Positions 24,848 to 36,877 of a DNA stretch of 64,000 bases are shown here, in pieces (the first letter of the stretch is position 1; each line of letters begins with the position of its first letter). Source of the DNA: Ginglymostoma cirratum (lineage: Eukaryota). Location: positions 20,003,462 through 20,067,461 of the forward strand of contig JAHRHZ010000078.1 in the NCBI GenBank assembly GCA_024137785.1. The letters are read 5' to 3'. The notes beneath the pieces were generated by a model, which worked only from the letters and a program-made list of their open reading frames with translations, was not told the DNA's origin and made no database searches. A program made the position numbers and the translations under genes.

Positions 24848-25469
24848 TTGTGAAAACTGCTATGTAACTACAAATCTTTCTTTCCAGAAATTGTACCATA
24901 TTCTTTTAATATATTGGAATATTGACTGATTAATTCAAGTTATATCTTGTGCTTTAATTAAGTATTCAGCTTAATATTTAGCCAGGTACAAGCATTTCTG
25001 ACAGCTTATACACGTACTATTGAGATTCCACAGCGTATTGAATGCCAACACTGTAGTAATAACGATAAAATGTCTGCGTATCAGTCACCCCTGGCTTGTG
25101 GTCATGGTAGACTGCTGCCACCAATCTTCCTTCCTATACTAGTCAAAGGGGCTGCTCAGTACTCTGTGGTGGAGAATGGACTACAAACAAGTCTCTGCAG
25201 AACGGACTCTTATCCTTGATAAGAAGAGACGGTTTGTCACATAACAATAACTAGATACAGGACACATGAACTCTTAGGCATATTAACTATGGCCAGTTAG
25301 AGATAGGTTAGATGCGTGTGCCTCTGTTAGGAGATTGTGCCAGAGTTCAAGTGACTCCAAACTCACTGCCTGCCCTGAATGCCGAAGCAGACCCAGCTAG
25401 TAGCCGTGTTATGTCAATCTAGGTGAAGCTTCAGCATTGCTTTAAATCTTTCTTGAGCATTACCTTATA

Positions 25470-26510
25470 CATCAAACCCCAATGTAAATAATCCTGCTCT
25501 ATCTAGTTCCAGCATCTCATCCAATTTACTGCAAAGTGTGTCAGAATTCCTGATCTTGCTGTAATTGTACAAGATCAAACGTTTCAACTCACAACAAGTT
25601 TGCTTGTCCTGAAGAGCAGCAACATTAGATCGTAACTGGGACACGCCTAAGTGAAGATGGGTTCCAATGAACAGAGGGAAACCGTGTAGAATATGATTAC
25701 AGTGAACTGGTGGAGGAGAGGATGAGGGTGAGCGAAGTAAAGGAAGAGGAATAAAGAACGAACTAGAAGAGGAGGGGGAGGGAGAACAGGGCTCACGGTG
25801 ACTGTGATGAAGGGGGTGGGGGGGGGGGAAGGGAAGAGAAATTTGCTCAGGCAGTAAGTCAAAATTGGGCGATGAGAGAAACAGCAGCCAAATTTAAAAC
25901 TCTCCCTGCATGAGTAACTGGAAAAATTTTAATGCAATCACCCAAAGTCATCCCCAGGGACTCCATGAAGTAAAGAATGGGACGAATTTCACCGAAACAG
26001 TTTCGCATCCAATAAACTATGAGATTTAAGGAGACAAAACCAATCCATGTCCTCAAGAGGAAGTAACTTTTCTGCAAAGGTGAAGGAGAAAACACCCACA
26101 ACAAACACAGAGAATGCTGAAGAAACTCTCCATCGGTGGAGAGAGAAACAGTTAACGTTCCAAGGCTGATACAGCATTCTCTGAGTTTGTTTCAAATTTC
26201 CAGCATCCGCAGTATTTTGCCTTTATTCGAAAATTCCCACAATTTTGACACAACTTGCCGGTGTCTCCACGGACGGCGAGTTAATATGATTAAAAAGAAC
26301 GTATATTTACTCTATACATTTTTGAATGCGATTCTGTGCAGGGTGCAAGTTTGAGTGACATTAAGTTTGATTTGTAAGGGCCTGCAGGTTATACTTCTTG
26401 ATTTCACTACAAGAACGATAAAAATGGAGATACAAGCCAAAGTGTAAATCATGATCTATGTCTACTAAAACAGCACTGGCCTTGCAATGACCTGAGACGG
26501 TCTGCGGGGG
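25470..26510. repeat. Copy 1 of a diverged local duplication (copy 2 at about 27995-28820)
   Basis: Collinear shared blocks: AACCCCAAT..TAAATAATC, TTCCTGATCTTG, GTAGAATxTGATxACAGTGAACTGGT, TGAGTAACTGGAAA, CTGTGxAGGGTGCAAG, GGAGATAxAAxCCAAAGTGTAA. Confidence 0.75.
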
Positions 26511-27309
26511 AGGTAATGGACTGTTCACACTGTCCAGTCTGAGTGAACTCCAAAACCAAACTGGATTGATTTCTAAGTTAGCCTCCCTTTTTTCATTTCA
26601 ACGTACTCTATAATATTGCTTAGTATTTATCTGAAAGTTGAAGTTTAATTGAACTCCAAGTGAGATATCTCACTTTATCATATCTCTCTTTGTATTGTTT
26701 TACAATTGCAGTGTCGTTATTCCTCATAGTGATTAAAAGCATTTTCAGCCTTACGTACTGTTAGTCACATTTGGAATTCTCACCAATATCTAGTTAAAGT
26801 CCATCGCGTTTTGTATCTTTACAGTTTGAGAGGCCACTGCAGAGGGCATGGTTAATTATTTTATTTAAATTATCTTTTACATCCCTGTCCTAACTTATGC
26901 TAAATTGCTGACGAAAGCAACATAACAAGACGCTTTCACAAACCCAGTGTATTAGTGAAACTGAATCATAAAGGGTAATGCAATGGTACCTGACTATGAT
27001 TTTATATCAGATTGATATATGAGTGAAAACTCATTGACCTGCAATATTAAACGTTTCACAGATGCTGCTTGACATGCGGAGTACTTTAAACATTATTTTT
27101 ATTCCAGTTTGACATGTACTTCTTTCCAACAAAAGGGTGTTAACTGGCTCTGAAGATCACAATCACCACATTCAAACATTTGGCATTAAGCTGGTGTAAT
27201 CTTTCAAAGTAATGAACTGTGTGGGAAGCACAAAACCAGAATCCACTAATATGAAAGACAAAACCAACAAAATAACAGCAGAAAATGCCAGGCTTAGTTC
27301 CTAACAGTC

Positions 27310-27705
27310 TCATCTCTCAAGTCCCCAAGTTGTGGGACCATATTCCAGGCGGACACTCCAGTACAGTAACTGCAGAAGTACCGCTCTTCAGATAAAGCAT
27401 GAAATCAAAGCCCTGTCAGCCTTCTAATGAGGCTATTAAAATTTCCAATGCCACGACTTTAAAAGAACAGTAAGAGATGTTATCCCCAACGTCTTGGACA
27501 ATATTTATCTCCCTATCAACAACAGCAAACAAAACAAGCTGGTGATTATTCTATCGCTATTTGTAGGGCCCTGCTATGTGAAAATTAGCTGCAGCATCTC
27601 CCAGGTGACAGCAGTGACAATCATTCAAAAACACGCAGTTGGCTGGCAAACACACTGGCACGTCCTGTGATGGCAAATGATGCTATATAAATGCAAGATT
27701 TTATT
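27310..27705 (+). mobile_element. Deu-domain SINE (AmnSINE/SacSINE-like)
   Basis: CTTCAGATAAAGCATGAAATCAAAGCCCTG...TTATCCCCAACGTCTTGGACAATATTTAT core and GCTATATAAATGCAAG 3' end. Confidence 0.6.
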
Positions 27706-27797
27706 TCTAGAAATTATGTAACTGTTCTTCACATTTATTTTACTACTGAAGTGATAAAAGCACCAGGCACGACAACAAGTGAATTAAGAGGGAGCAA

Positions 27798-27902
27798 GAC
27801 CTGCAGATGCTGCAGTCAGAGATAACACAGTGTGGAGCTGCAAGAACACAGCATCAGAGGAGCAGGAAAGTTGACGTTTCGGGTCAGGACCCTTCTTCAG
27901 AG
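27798..27902 (-). mobile_element. PLE pseudo-LTR fragment with intact hammerhead core (27873-27900)
   Basis: Minus strand CTGAAGA-A-GGGT-CCTG-ACCC-GAAA-CG-TC followed by AACTTTCCTGCTCCTCTGATGCTG. Confidence 0.75.
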
Positions 27903-27994
27903 TTTGCCTGGTTCCCAGGAGCAGATCTTCAAATCAGACACCAGCATTTCTGTCAAGATATACGTTGACTGCTGAGATTCTGCAGCTCATGGAA

Positions 27995-28820
27995 AGTCAA
28001 CCCCAATAACATAAATAATCAAACTTTGCTCCCAACTTTGCAGCTGAATTTGGTGACTCAGAGGATGAGAAGTAAAAGTCCGTGTTCCTGATCTTGTACA
28101 GGATCAAAAATCCCAGCTCAGAGCAACATTTGATTCTTCTGGACGGCAGCAGTATTAGGTCATACTGGAGCAGCCATGACAACAGTAGAATGTGATCACA
28201 GTGAACTGGTAGAGGGGGAGGGTGTTCCTGGGATGGAGGTGTGCAGTGGTGGAGGAGAATAACTTCAGCAGAAAGAGTGACAAGTGAAGCAGGGAGAAAA
28301 TGCTGATAATAAGGATGAAATTTTGTATGGTAGCCCAAGGTGGGCAATGGACAGCATGTAACCAAGTTTACACACTCTGCCTGAGTAACTGGAAATATTG
28401 TAAACCCACAAAAAATATTCTTGCGACCATGCTGCATCGCCTCCTCATCGTAAAAAGTGGAAATCGTTGCTTTACAAAAAAAATTACAATTATATCAAAT
28501 AATTATGAAACAATAAATTATCTTTCTTGAGACGGATCCACTGCATAGACTCTGCAAAAGTAAAATTGAAAGCTCTCAAATTTAACAGTGGCTCCATGAA
28601 TACAATTAAATAAACAAGACATGTACATGCTATATACATTTTAAATGTTCCACTGTGTAGGGTGCAAGCTAAGCGGTATTAAGTTTCAGTTACAAATGCA
28701 TGTGGACCGAGAGTCGCGATTTCAATGCCACAAAAATACATGAGGAGATATAATCCAAAGTGTAATTCACCAAAACAGAAGAAATCTACCTTGAATAAAA
28801 CCGGTGTGGATCTGCCTTTG
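27995..28820. repeat. Copy 2 of the diverged local duplication
   Basis: Same collinear blocks as 25470-26510. Confidence 0.75.
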
Positions 28821-28867
28821 CAGTGCTGAGTTTTCTTCAATGAAAAACACAGAAATGTCAACAAGAT

Positions 28868-29063
28868 AAAGAAAAACAAAGAACTGTAGATGCTGGAAAT
28901 CAGAAACAAAATCAGAAATTGCTGGAAAAACTGGGCAGGTCTGGCGGCATCTGTGGACAGAACGCAGTTAACGTTTCGGGTCCAGAAACCCTTCTTCGGT
29001 GACCTTTCTTCTGGACCTGAAACATTATCTCTGCTTCTCTCCACAGATGCTGCCAGACCGGCT
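28868..29063. mobile_element. Back-to-back inverted PLE pseudo-LTR pair (second subfamily)
   Basis: GGTCTGGCGGCATCTGTGGA...AACGTTTCGGGTCCAGAA is inverted against TTCTGGACCTGAAACA...TCCACAGATGCTGCCAGACC; 15-bp TSD AAATGTCAACAAGAT (28853-28867 and 29064-29078). Confidence 0.8.
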
Positions 29064-29129
29064 AAATGTCAACAAGATGCTTGTTAAAAACTACATTGTA
29101 AAGAATTGGCCTTAAATTTAAAAATTAAG

Positions 29130-29340
29130 AGGGCAGCACAGTGGCACAGTGGTTAGGGCTACTGCCTCACAGCATCAGGGACCTGGGTTCAATTCAAGCC
29201 TCGAGCAACAGCCTGTGTAGAGTTTACACGTTCTCCCTGTGTCTGTGTATGGATTTCCTCTGGGTGCTCTGCTTTCCTCCCATGAGGGTGGTAAGATTGG
29301 TGCATATGGCCTCTATCTGCACTGTAGGGATTCTTTGATC
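29130..29340 (+). mobile_element. V-domain SINE, internally deleted
   Basis: GGGCAGCACAGTGGCACAGTGGTTAG...GGGTTCAATTC head, partial V-core and CTGTAGGGATTCT end. Confidence 0.8.
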
Positions 29341-29401
29341 CTAAGAACCAAAGATTTTTAAAAAGGTGAATGGTCACTTCTAACTCTGCTCATTTTTCAA
29401 A

Positions 29402-29543
29402 CATACAAAAGAAAACTACAGATGCTGGAACTGCAGAAGTCAACGTTTCAGGTATTACCCATAATACCCAAAACATTGACTACTCCTTTCCTCCAGATGC
29501 TGCCTGGCTTGCCGTGTTCTTCCAGCCGCCTGCTTGTCTATCT
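29402..29543. mobile_element. Short inverted PLE pseudo-LTR pair
   Basis: GTCAACGTTTCAGGTATT is inverted against AATACCCAAAACATTGAC; 11-bp TSD CATTTTTCAAA (29391-29401 and 29544-29554). Confidence 0.7.
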
Positions 29544-31589
29544 CATTTTTCAAAGGTTCAGTGGTGAAACTACATAAGATAAGCTACAAGGCCAACTGTG
29601 AAATCCATATGGGCCTCAGTTCTCCTCTATAAAACAAAAGGTACGTGTTGTGGCACAGTAGTTAAATAGCTACTGGAATTACTGGAATTGTTGTCACAGT
29701 AAAAATAATTCATTAATGGTATGTTCCCAACGCCTAGACAAGAGAGACCATCTGAACATGAACAGACTTGTTGTACTTTAATGGATAATCCCATTTTCTG
29801 ACAAAATTATCAGGATTGAATCGGTTTAGGGGAACACTACAATATAATTTGATTATTGTTACCAGTGTTTGGGTGTTAAAAGATCATGAAGATATACTAG
29901 AGGGCTTTGAAGGGTGAGTACTTTGCCTTTTGTACAGCATGGCCAATGGTAAAAAGTTGGAAGGAAGATTCCCATTGATGGTTTCCTTCTGTTATTTTCC
30001 TTTATAATTTGTCCCTGTGTGGATGGTGATCAGTTTAGAGCAAGGAGCAACAGTCTTCAAAATATTGTATATCAGAAAATCTTTCCACTGCCTCATCGCA
30101 GAAACCTGCAGGCATATTGCTGATTAATCCCACATTTATTAACTCAATTCTGTCAACCTGCTCATGCAGTCAGCATGTCTCTGATTATTGTCCAGAGTGG
30201 CTGAATGAGGATACATGGCCACGATTTGAGCAGCAACCTTTTGCACATTTGTTTCTAAAGACAGTAGGAAATCTTCTGATCAAATGTGGGTTATATTATA
30301 ATCCAATTATCACAACCATCTGTCTTTGCATGTTGTCTTCTACTTGAGGAGCTATAGAAATCTGAGATTTATCTGCGGGTTCCTCATCATTATTTTGGAA
30401 TCTAACTGCCTTACAAATGTGTCAAACAATGCTCACTTTTTCAAATTTGACAAAAAAGTGTTTAAAAATCAGATTTTTTTTTCTCTACCTTCTCCTTAAA
30501 GCCACCATTTGCAGACATACTGCAAGGGAGAGAGGTGATAACAACAACATAGTTCATGACTGAAACCCAAAAAATCTCTGGCTCTCTCATGCCGGTTTAC
30601 CATTGAGACCAACTCGATGGGCAGGATATGGCTGCAAAATCAATTAACAGGAAGAAAGTACAAAAAATAATTGCAGAAAGATTCACAGAGCCAAATAGAT
30701 TCTAACACATTTCTGTAAATACAAAGGCTGACAATAATTTTTTCCTGCCATGGATATAATTCTGAAGGGTTCTGAAATGTTTTATTACTTCCTGCTGTAA
30801 AGTATAATTAAGGTAATGAGGTAACTGTAATTACAAAGGAGTTATCATTAACTGATCACTGTTGGAATTATAGTACCTGTCATTTACAGAAAAATAAAGT
30901 TTCCAAAGAGCATTCCAATTTCTAACACCTTGAATGCAGCTCCACTGGGAATGCTTCACCACACACTCCATTCTTGACCAAATTATAAATAGGCTGAACA
31001 CAAAGAATTCAATGTCTGCTATTCTGTCGGTATCAGTTTCTGCTTCAAAGGGAATGCTATACTGCTATGGCAGGTTCTGGGTCAGTACCCCTGGACTTAT
31101 CAGGGTGGGCGAACGTGTCCAGAAAGAAAAAAAAAATTTTTCAAACGTATCCTTTACAAGTAGAGTGTCAAGCTTACTTCCAAAAGTTTTTGAAGCAGAA
31201 AAAGCGAAGGCAATTTTATCAGTCAATCCTAAATGCGCTTCTTGTCTACTCTTTCTCGAGACCTTGAAGGACAGCCAACTTCATTTGAATGGGGAACTGC
31301 AGTCTTCTAAATTCAAACCTGGTCAATTGATACCGAAAATGCAGCAGACAAAATGATTGAAGTGTGCTGCCATTTCTAAACAGTAGTTAAGTACTTCATT
31401 CATTCATTTAGTGTATTCAAACTGGAATCTTTAATGTGGCTGGATTGAGTAAGAGGCATTCCTGCAGCTTTACCGCAAACCGTTTTATGGAAAAAAATTA
31501 CTTCAATAATGTCGAAGGTAGAAAACCAAATGAACAGTCTTAAAAATTGTGTCTACTGGACAGCATGAAACTCCAGATTTTGAATTACT

Positions 31590-32420
31590 TTATAATCAAG
31601 GAGCCCTAGGAAAACTGGAATTAATGGGTACCAGCAGGCAAACTCTCCACTAGTTGGAGTCATTCCTGGCACCAAGGAAGATGGTTGTGGTTGTTGGAGG
31701 TCAGTCATTTCACACACACATGACATCTCTGCAGGAGCTCCTCAGGGTAGTGTCGTAGGTCCAATTATCTTCAATTGTTTCATCAATGGCCTTCCCTCCA
31801 TCATAAGGTCAGAACATGGAACGTTCATCCTTGAGTGCACAATGTTCAGCACCATTCCTGTCTCCTCAGGCACTGAAGCAGTTCATGTTCAATTGCAACA
31901 TCTGAACAATATCCAGGCTTGGGCTGATGTGACAATAACAGTCACGCCGCACAAATGCCAGGTCATCTCCAATAAGAGAGGATCTAACCACCAGCCCTTG
32001 ACATTCAATAGTGTTACCATCACTGAATTCCCCACTATCAACATTCTGTGGGTTACCCTTGACCAGAAACTCAACTGGACTCACCACATCAACACAGTGG
32101 CTACAAGAGCAGGACAGAGGCTAGGAATACTGTGGTGAGTACCTCACCTCTTGAGTGCCATAGTCTGTCCACCATCTATGAGGCACAAATGATGGAATAT
32201 GCCCCACTTGCCCAGATGGGTACAGCTCCTACAATACTCAAGAAGTTTGACACCATCCTAGACAAAAGGAGCCCACTTGATTGGCGCACATCCAAAAGCA
32301 TCCATCCCTCCACCAACGATGTTCAATAGCAGCTGTGTGTAATATCCACACAATGCATTGCAGAAATTCACCAAAAATCTTTAGAAAGCGTCTTCCAAAC
32401 CCACACCCACTTGCATCTTA
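31590..32420 (+). mobile_element. LINE (CR1/L2-like) reverse transcriptase fragment
   Basis: GCAGGAGCTCCTCAGGGTAGTGTCGTAGGTCCA (GxPQGSVxGP); ORF 31842..32138 LNNIQAWA...PHKCQ...ILWVTLDQKLNWTHHINTVATRAGQRLGIL. Confidence 0.85.
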
Positions 32421-33074
32421 TGCATCAGAATAAGTGGAGCTGGTTCTAAAAGCAATTACAAAGCATTTGACAGAAATCTATGAGCTTAAACATTTCAAAC
32501 ACAAGAGGAAATTTTGATGCAACTAATATGAGATTCTTTTGTCACAGTTTCCCTTTAGTAAAACTAGATGGTACAGATCGATAGTATTTGTCCCAAGTGC
32601 TTCTCTATTTGAAGTATTAACTCTAATAGCCACACAATGAACTAACCAAGCACTAGAGATATGGAATGTTCACTACCTATATTGTTAACAGATCCTCTAG
32701 TGTCTCATCACAACCAGAGGATTCATTAAAGAATTTATCGCAGGTTCAATTGCAACACTACATCCTGATACAGAATTGTTGCTGACATGAATGTCAAACC
32801 ATTGTTCCTGCCCTAATCTACACATTCTAATGCTAAACAGCACCTACTCACAATTGCCAATAAAATGAGCTCAAAATAGCAAACATCGACAAATTCTTTG
32901 TATCATTCTCTTGTGGTTACCTCAAACCATTTAAATGTGTTGAAATAAAGCTTCAATCACCTTGAAGTCAAAGTAATTGGAGGCTTAACAATGGAGTTTC
33001 AATAATAAAAGGGAGTCATGTTCTACAGTCACCTGTTTCCTTTTGTACTACATAAAAAGGTGAGTTGGTTCAGT

Positions 33075-33168
33075 TACAAAACCAGAAATTGCTGGAAAAG
33101 CTCAGCAGGCGTGACAGCATCTGAGAAGAAGAAATCAGAGTTTTGGGTCCAGTGAGCCTTCCTCAGTT
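33075..33168 (-). mobile_element. Degenerate PLE pseudo-LTR fragment
   Basis: CAGAAATTGCTGGAAAAGCTCAGCAGG...GGGTCCAGTGAGCCTTCCTCAG; same subfamily as 28868. Confidence 0.6.
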
Positions 33169-34425
33169 AGTTGTTTTCCCAATTAGTACATATCTAAACT
33201 ATTGGGAATAGTAACAAAATCCAGATTACCAGCATGAATTAAACATCCCATGAACGCTTACATTCCTGTAAAAGAGACTTTAACTTCAAGATGAATTCAT
33301 GATTAATTCACCTTATTTGAATGACTAGAGGTAACCACGAGGGAGTGATTCTAAGTTTGTAGATACCCACTATTTTGAGCTCACATGTACATGCAACGTT
33401 GTGAGCAAGAATGGAGGTAGTTAATGAATATTTTTATCATTTTTAGAGAAATTGCAATTCTGCTGGTGACCTGCCTCTGCAGTGTTCAAAGTCAAATTCT
33501 TTTAAAATGGTCATTTTGACTTGATGACTGCAGCTTTTTGCACAGAAATAAACAAAATGATTATAAAGTCAAATCAAAGGTCAAAATAAACCATAAAATT
33601 ACAAGTCAAACTATTGTACACCAAACGTTAATAATTAAGAACATTTAAATTTAGTCAACATATCACAACGGATTGGAGTCACATCCTCTGGTGGAATCAT
33701 GAAAACAGTGACAATGTCTTTCTGCGCTTCTAATCACTTATCACTGCAAGGCTTTTAGGAATGTTGTCTTTGGGATTTGTCTTTAGATTAAAGTAAAATG
33801 AAAGGGGTCATATAAACTGTTCTGAAGGCCCTCTGACAGCATAGTAGTTTGATTGTTAGGGATTAAAGAAGACTGCGTCTATTTTAATGGGAAGAAAGTG
33901 CAAGGTTTTTATGTTTGGGCAACTGCAGGCCGTTCTCAAAATCATGTCCTGAGGAATGGAAATTCCGTGTACAGAGAGCTGGCAGCCAATCAGAAGGCGG
34001 CAGTGAGCAGCGCTATGAGCAGCATGCAATGATAGCCAGGAGGACGACCAAGATCAAAAGGAACAAAATGTCAGGCAGATGCTTTTGGCAAGATGGCGGA
34101 CGAGGAGGTTGTAAGGGTGGATATCACAAGGAGAGGTGGGCAGACAAGTTGGCTGTCAGTGGCCAACCTCTTGCTGAGTCCAGTTCCTCAATCAGGAACA
34201 AATTAGTTAATGTCAAATGAGCTCTCATCCACTGGCAGCCTGTCTCCTGGTTTAAATTGATATTTTCAACCAACTTGTTTAGATGCATTAAGACACCTTG
34301 GGAGCAGGTTGGAACTTGAACTCAGCTCTCTTCAAGTTTCTGGCTCAGAGAGAGGGGTATTACCACGGTGACATGAGAACTGTAAAGAAAGGGCATGTGG
34401 CAAGAATGGAAGACACATATTGCCA

Positions 34426-34496
34426 TGCACTGGTTAGGAATTAAACCCAGGCCTGCCTGATGACGGACAAGAATTCTAACAGTGAACGACCAACAC
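34426..34496 (-). pseudogene. tRNA-Gly(GCC)-derived pseudogene
   Basis: 71 nt collinear with vertebrate tRNA-Gly-GCC as recalled (GCATTGGTGGTTCAGTGGTAGAATTCTCGCC...), about 70% identical by eye; anticodon changed to GTC, B-box and stems damaged. Confidence 0.7.
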
Positions 34497-34599
34497 CAGT
34501 TAGCCTGCTGAGCAGCTGAGATAGCTACATCCCAGACAGGAATAGGCTACTAAGGTGGTCATTAATTGACCACTTAAGTACCTCGTTTGCAGTGGAAGT

Positions 34600-36642
34600 G
34601 GGATTCTCCTTTGGTTTCTCCTTAACCCTATTTGCCAAAGCTATCTCATGTCGTCTTTTTGCCCTCCTGATTTCCCTCTTAACTGTAGTCCTTCTGCCTT
34701 TATACTTTTCTAGGGAATCACTCGATCCCTGCTGTCTATACGTGACAGATGCTCTCTTCTTATTCCTAACCAAAACCTTAATTTGTCTAGTCACCCATCA
34801 TTCCCTACACCTACCAGACTTGCCCTTCATCCTTACAGGAACATACTGTCTCTGGACTCATTACCTCATTTTTGAAAGCTTCCCATTTTCCAGCCTGTCC
34901 CTTTACGTGCAAACATTCACCCCCAATAAATTTTTGGAAGTTCTTTTCTAATAGTATCAAAACTGGCCTTCCTCCAATGTAGAACTTTAGCTTTTAGATC
35001 CGGTCTATCTTTTTCCATCACTACTTTAAAACTAATAGAATTATGGTCACCGGTCCCAAAGTGCTCCCTCACTGATACCTCAGTCACCTGCCCTGCCTTA
35101 TTTCCCCAGATGATCAAGTTTTGCACCTTCTCTAGTAGGTGCATCCACATACTGAATCGGAAAATTTTCTTGTATACGCTTAAACTCCTCTCCATCCAAA
35201 CCCTTAACACTGTGTTGGGAAAGTTAAAATCCCCTTCCACAACCACCCCATTATTCCTATAAATAACTGAGATCTGCTTACAAATTTGTTTCTTAATTTC
35301 TCGCTGACTATTGGTTGGTCTATAGTACAATCCCAATAAGGTGATCATCCATTTCTTATTTCTCAATTCCACCCAAATAACTTCCCTGGGCGTATTCCCA
35401 GGAATATCCTCCGTAAGTATAGCCGTAATGTCGTCCCTAATCAAAAACGCCACTCCACCTCCTCTCTTGCCCCCCTTTCTATCCTTCCTATAGCATCTAT
35501 ACTCTGGAACATTAAGCTGTCAGTCTTGTCCATCCCTAAGCCACGTGTCTGTAAGTGCTATAACAGCCCAGTCCCACGTTCCCAACTATGGTCCGAGTTC
35601 AAGATAACAAGGTGTGGAGCTGGATGAACACAGCAGGCCAAGCAGCATCATAGGAGCAGGAAAGCTTGACGTTTCGGGCCTAGACCCTTCATCAGAAATG
35701 GGGGAGGGGGAGAGGGTTCTGAAATAAATAGAGAGAGAGGGGGAGGCGGATAGAAGATGGATAGAGGAGAGGCCAACGAGATTATGAGAGAGTTGCAGTG
35801 GGAGAGAGATCCCGAGGTTTGTCCGGAGGGAGGAGGGTAACTTCTTCAGAGTAGGCATCCTTAGAAGAGGCTTCGTAGTGGGGTTAAAATTGTATCAGAG
35901 ATAATAGGTACTGCAGATGCTGGAGAATCCGAGATTACAAGGTGTGGAGCTGGACGAACACAGCAGGCCAAGCAGCATCATAGGAGCAGGAAAGCTTGAT
36001 GTTTCGGGCCTAGACCCTTCATCAGAAATGGGGGAGGGGGAGAGTGTTCTGAGTTCATCTGCCTTACCTGTTAGGCCTTGTGGATTGAGAAAAATGCAGT
36101 TTAATTTAGCCGTCCTACCTCATTTTCTGTTTTGTTCCTGCCTGCCCTGACTGTTTGACTTACTCAGTTTCCCAACTGTACCAGTTTTAGACTGCTCTCT
36201 TTCCTCACTACCTCCCTGGGTCTCATTCACCACCCCACCCTGTCTTACTATTTAAATCACCCGTGCAGCTCGAGCAAATCTCCCTGCCAGTATATTTAGT
36301 CCCATTCCAATTCAGGTGCAATCTGTCCTCTTATATAGGTCTCTCATAGCCTAGAAGAGATTCCAATGATGCCAAAATGTGAATCCTTCTCCCCTGCACC
36401 AGCTCCTCAGCCAGGCAATCATCTGTTCTATCCTCCTATTCCTACTCTCACTAGCTCATGGCACTGGGAGAAATCCAGATACTACTACCCTCAATAACCT
36501 ACTTTTTAAATTACTGCCTAACTTTCTATATTTTCTCCTTAGAATCTCGTCCTTTTCTCTTCCTATATTGTTAGTTCAAATGCGTACAACGACTTCTGGC
36601 TGGTCCCTCTCCCCTTTGAGAATATTCTGCACCCTCTCCAAG
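34600..36642 (-). mobile_element. CR1 LINE 5' portion (ORF1 end and ORF2 apurinic endonuclease), interrupted by a PLE insertion
   Basis: ORF 34917..35453 EVIWVELRNKK...LGLYYRP...VEGDFNFP...GTGDHNSISF is the APE endonuclease; 34525..34794 KREIRRAKRRHEIALANRVKE. Confidence 0.9.
35602..36050 (-). mobile_element. Tandem PLE pseudo-LTRs flanking the ORF start (MPTLKKLPSSLRT), with two hammerhead cores
   Basis: Cores at 35668-35695 (CTGATGAAGGGTCTAGGCCCGAAACGTC) and 35998-36025 (ends GAAACATC); GAGTTCA repeated at both junctions with the host CR1. Confidence 0.85.
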
Positions 36643-36877
36643 ATATTTAAACTAAATTTCTATGTCATTTTGCTGTAATCATAAAAAGGTGAGCAAAATC
36701 TTAGAATTTGTTTAACAAATAAAATCTGTGCCAAAAAATATTCTCTTGTCATATTCAATTCGACCTGTCATCTTTGTTTCCTTTACTGTTGATTAGCAGT
36801 TGACCAACTGAGGTGACACTCAGATGACTGAAAAGTATTAGAATCTTTCAGCAAGGGTTTCCAGTTTCATCCATTAT

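Noticed and set aside
30934-31356. 140-aa plus-strand ORF in non-repeat DNA
   Set aside because: No recognisable domain or convincing splice structure, and it includes a poly-A run; compatible with chance.
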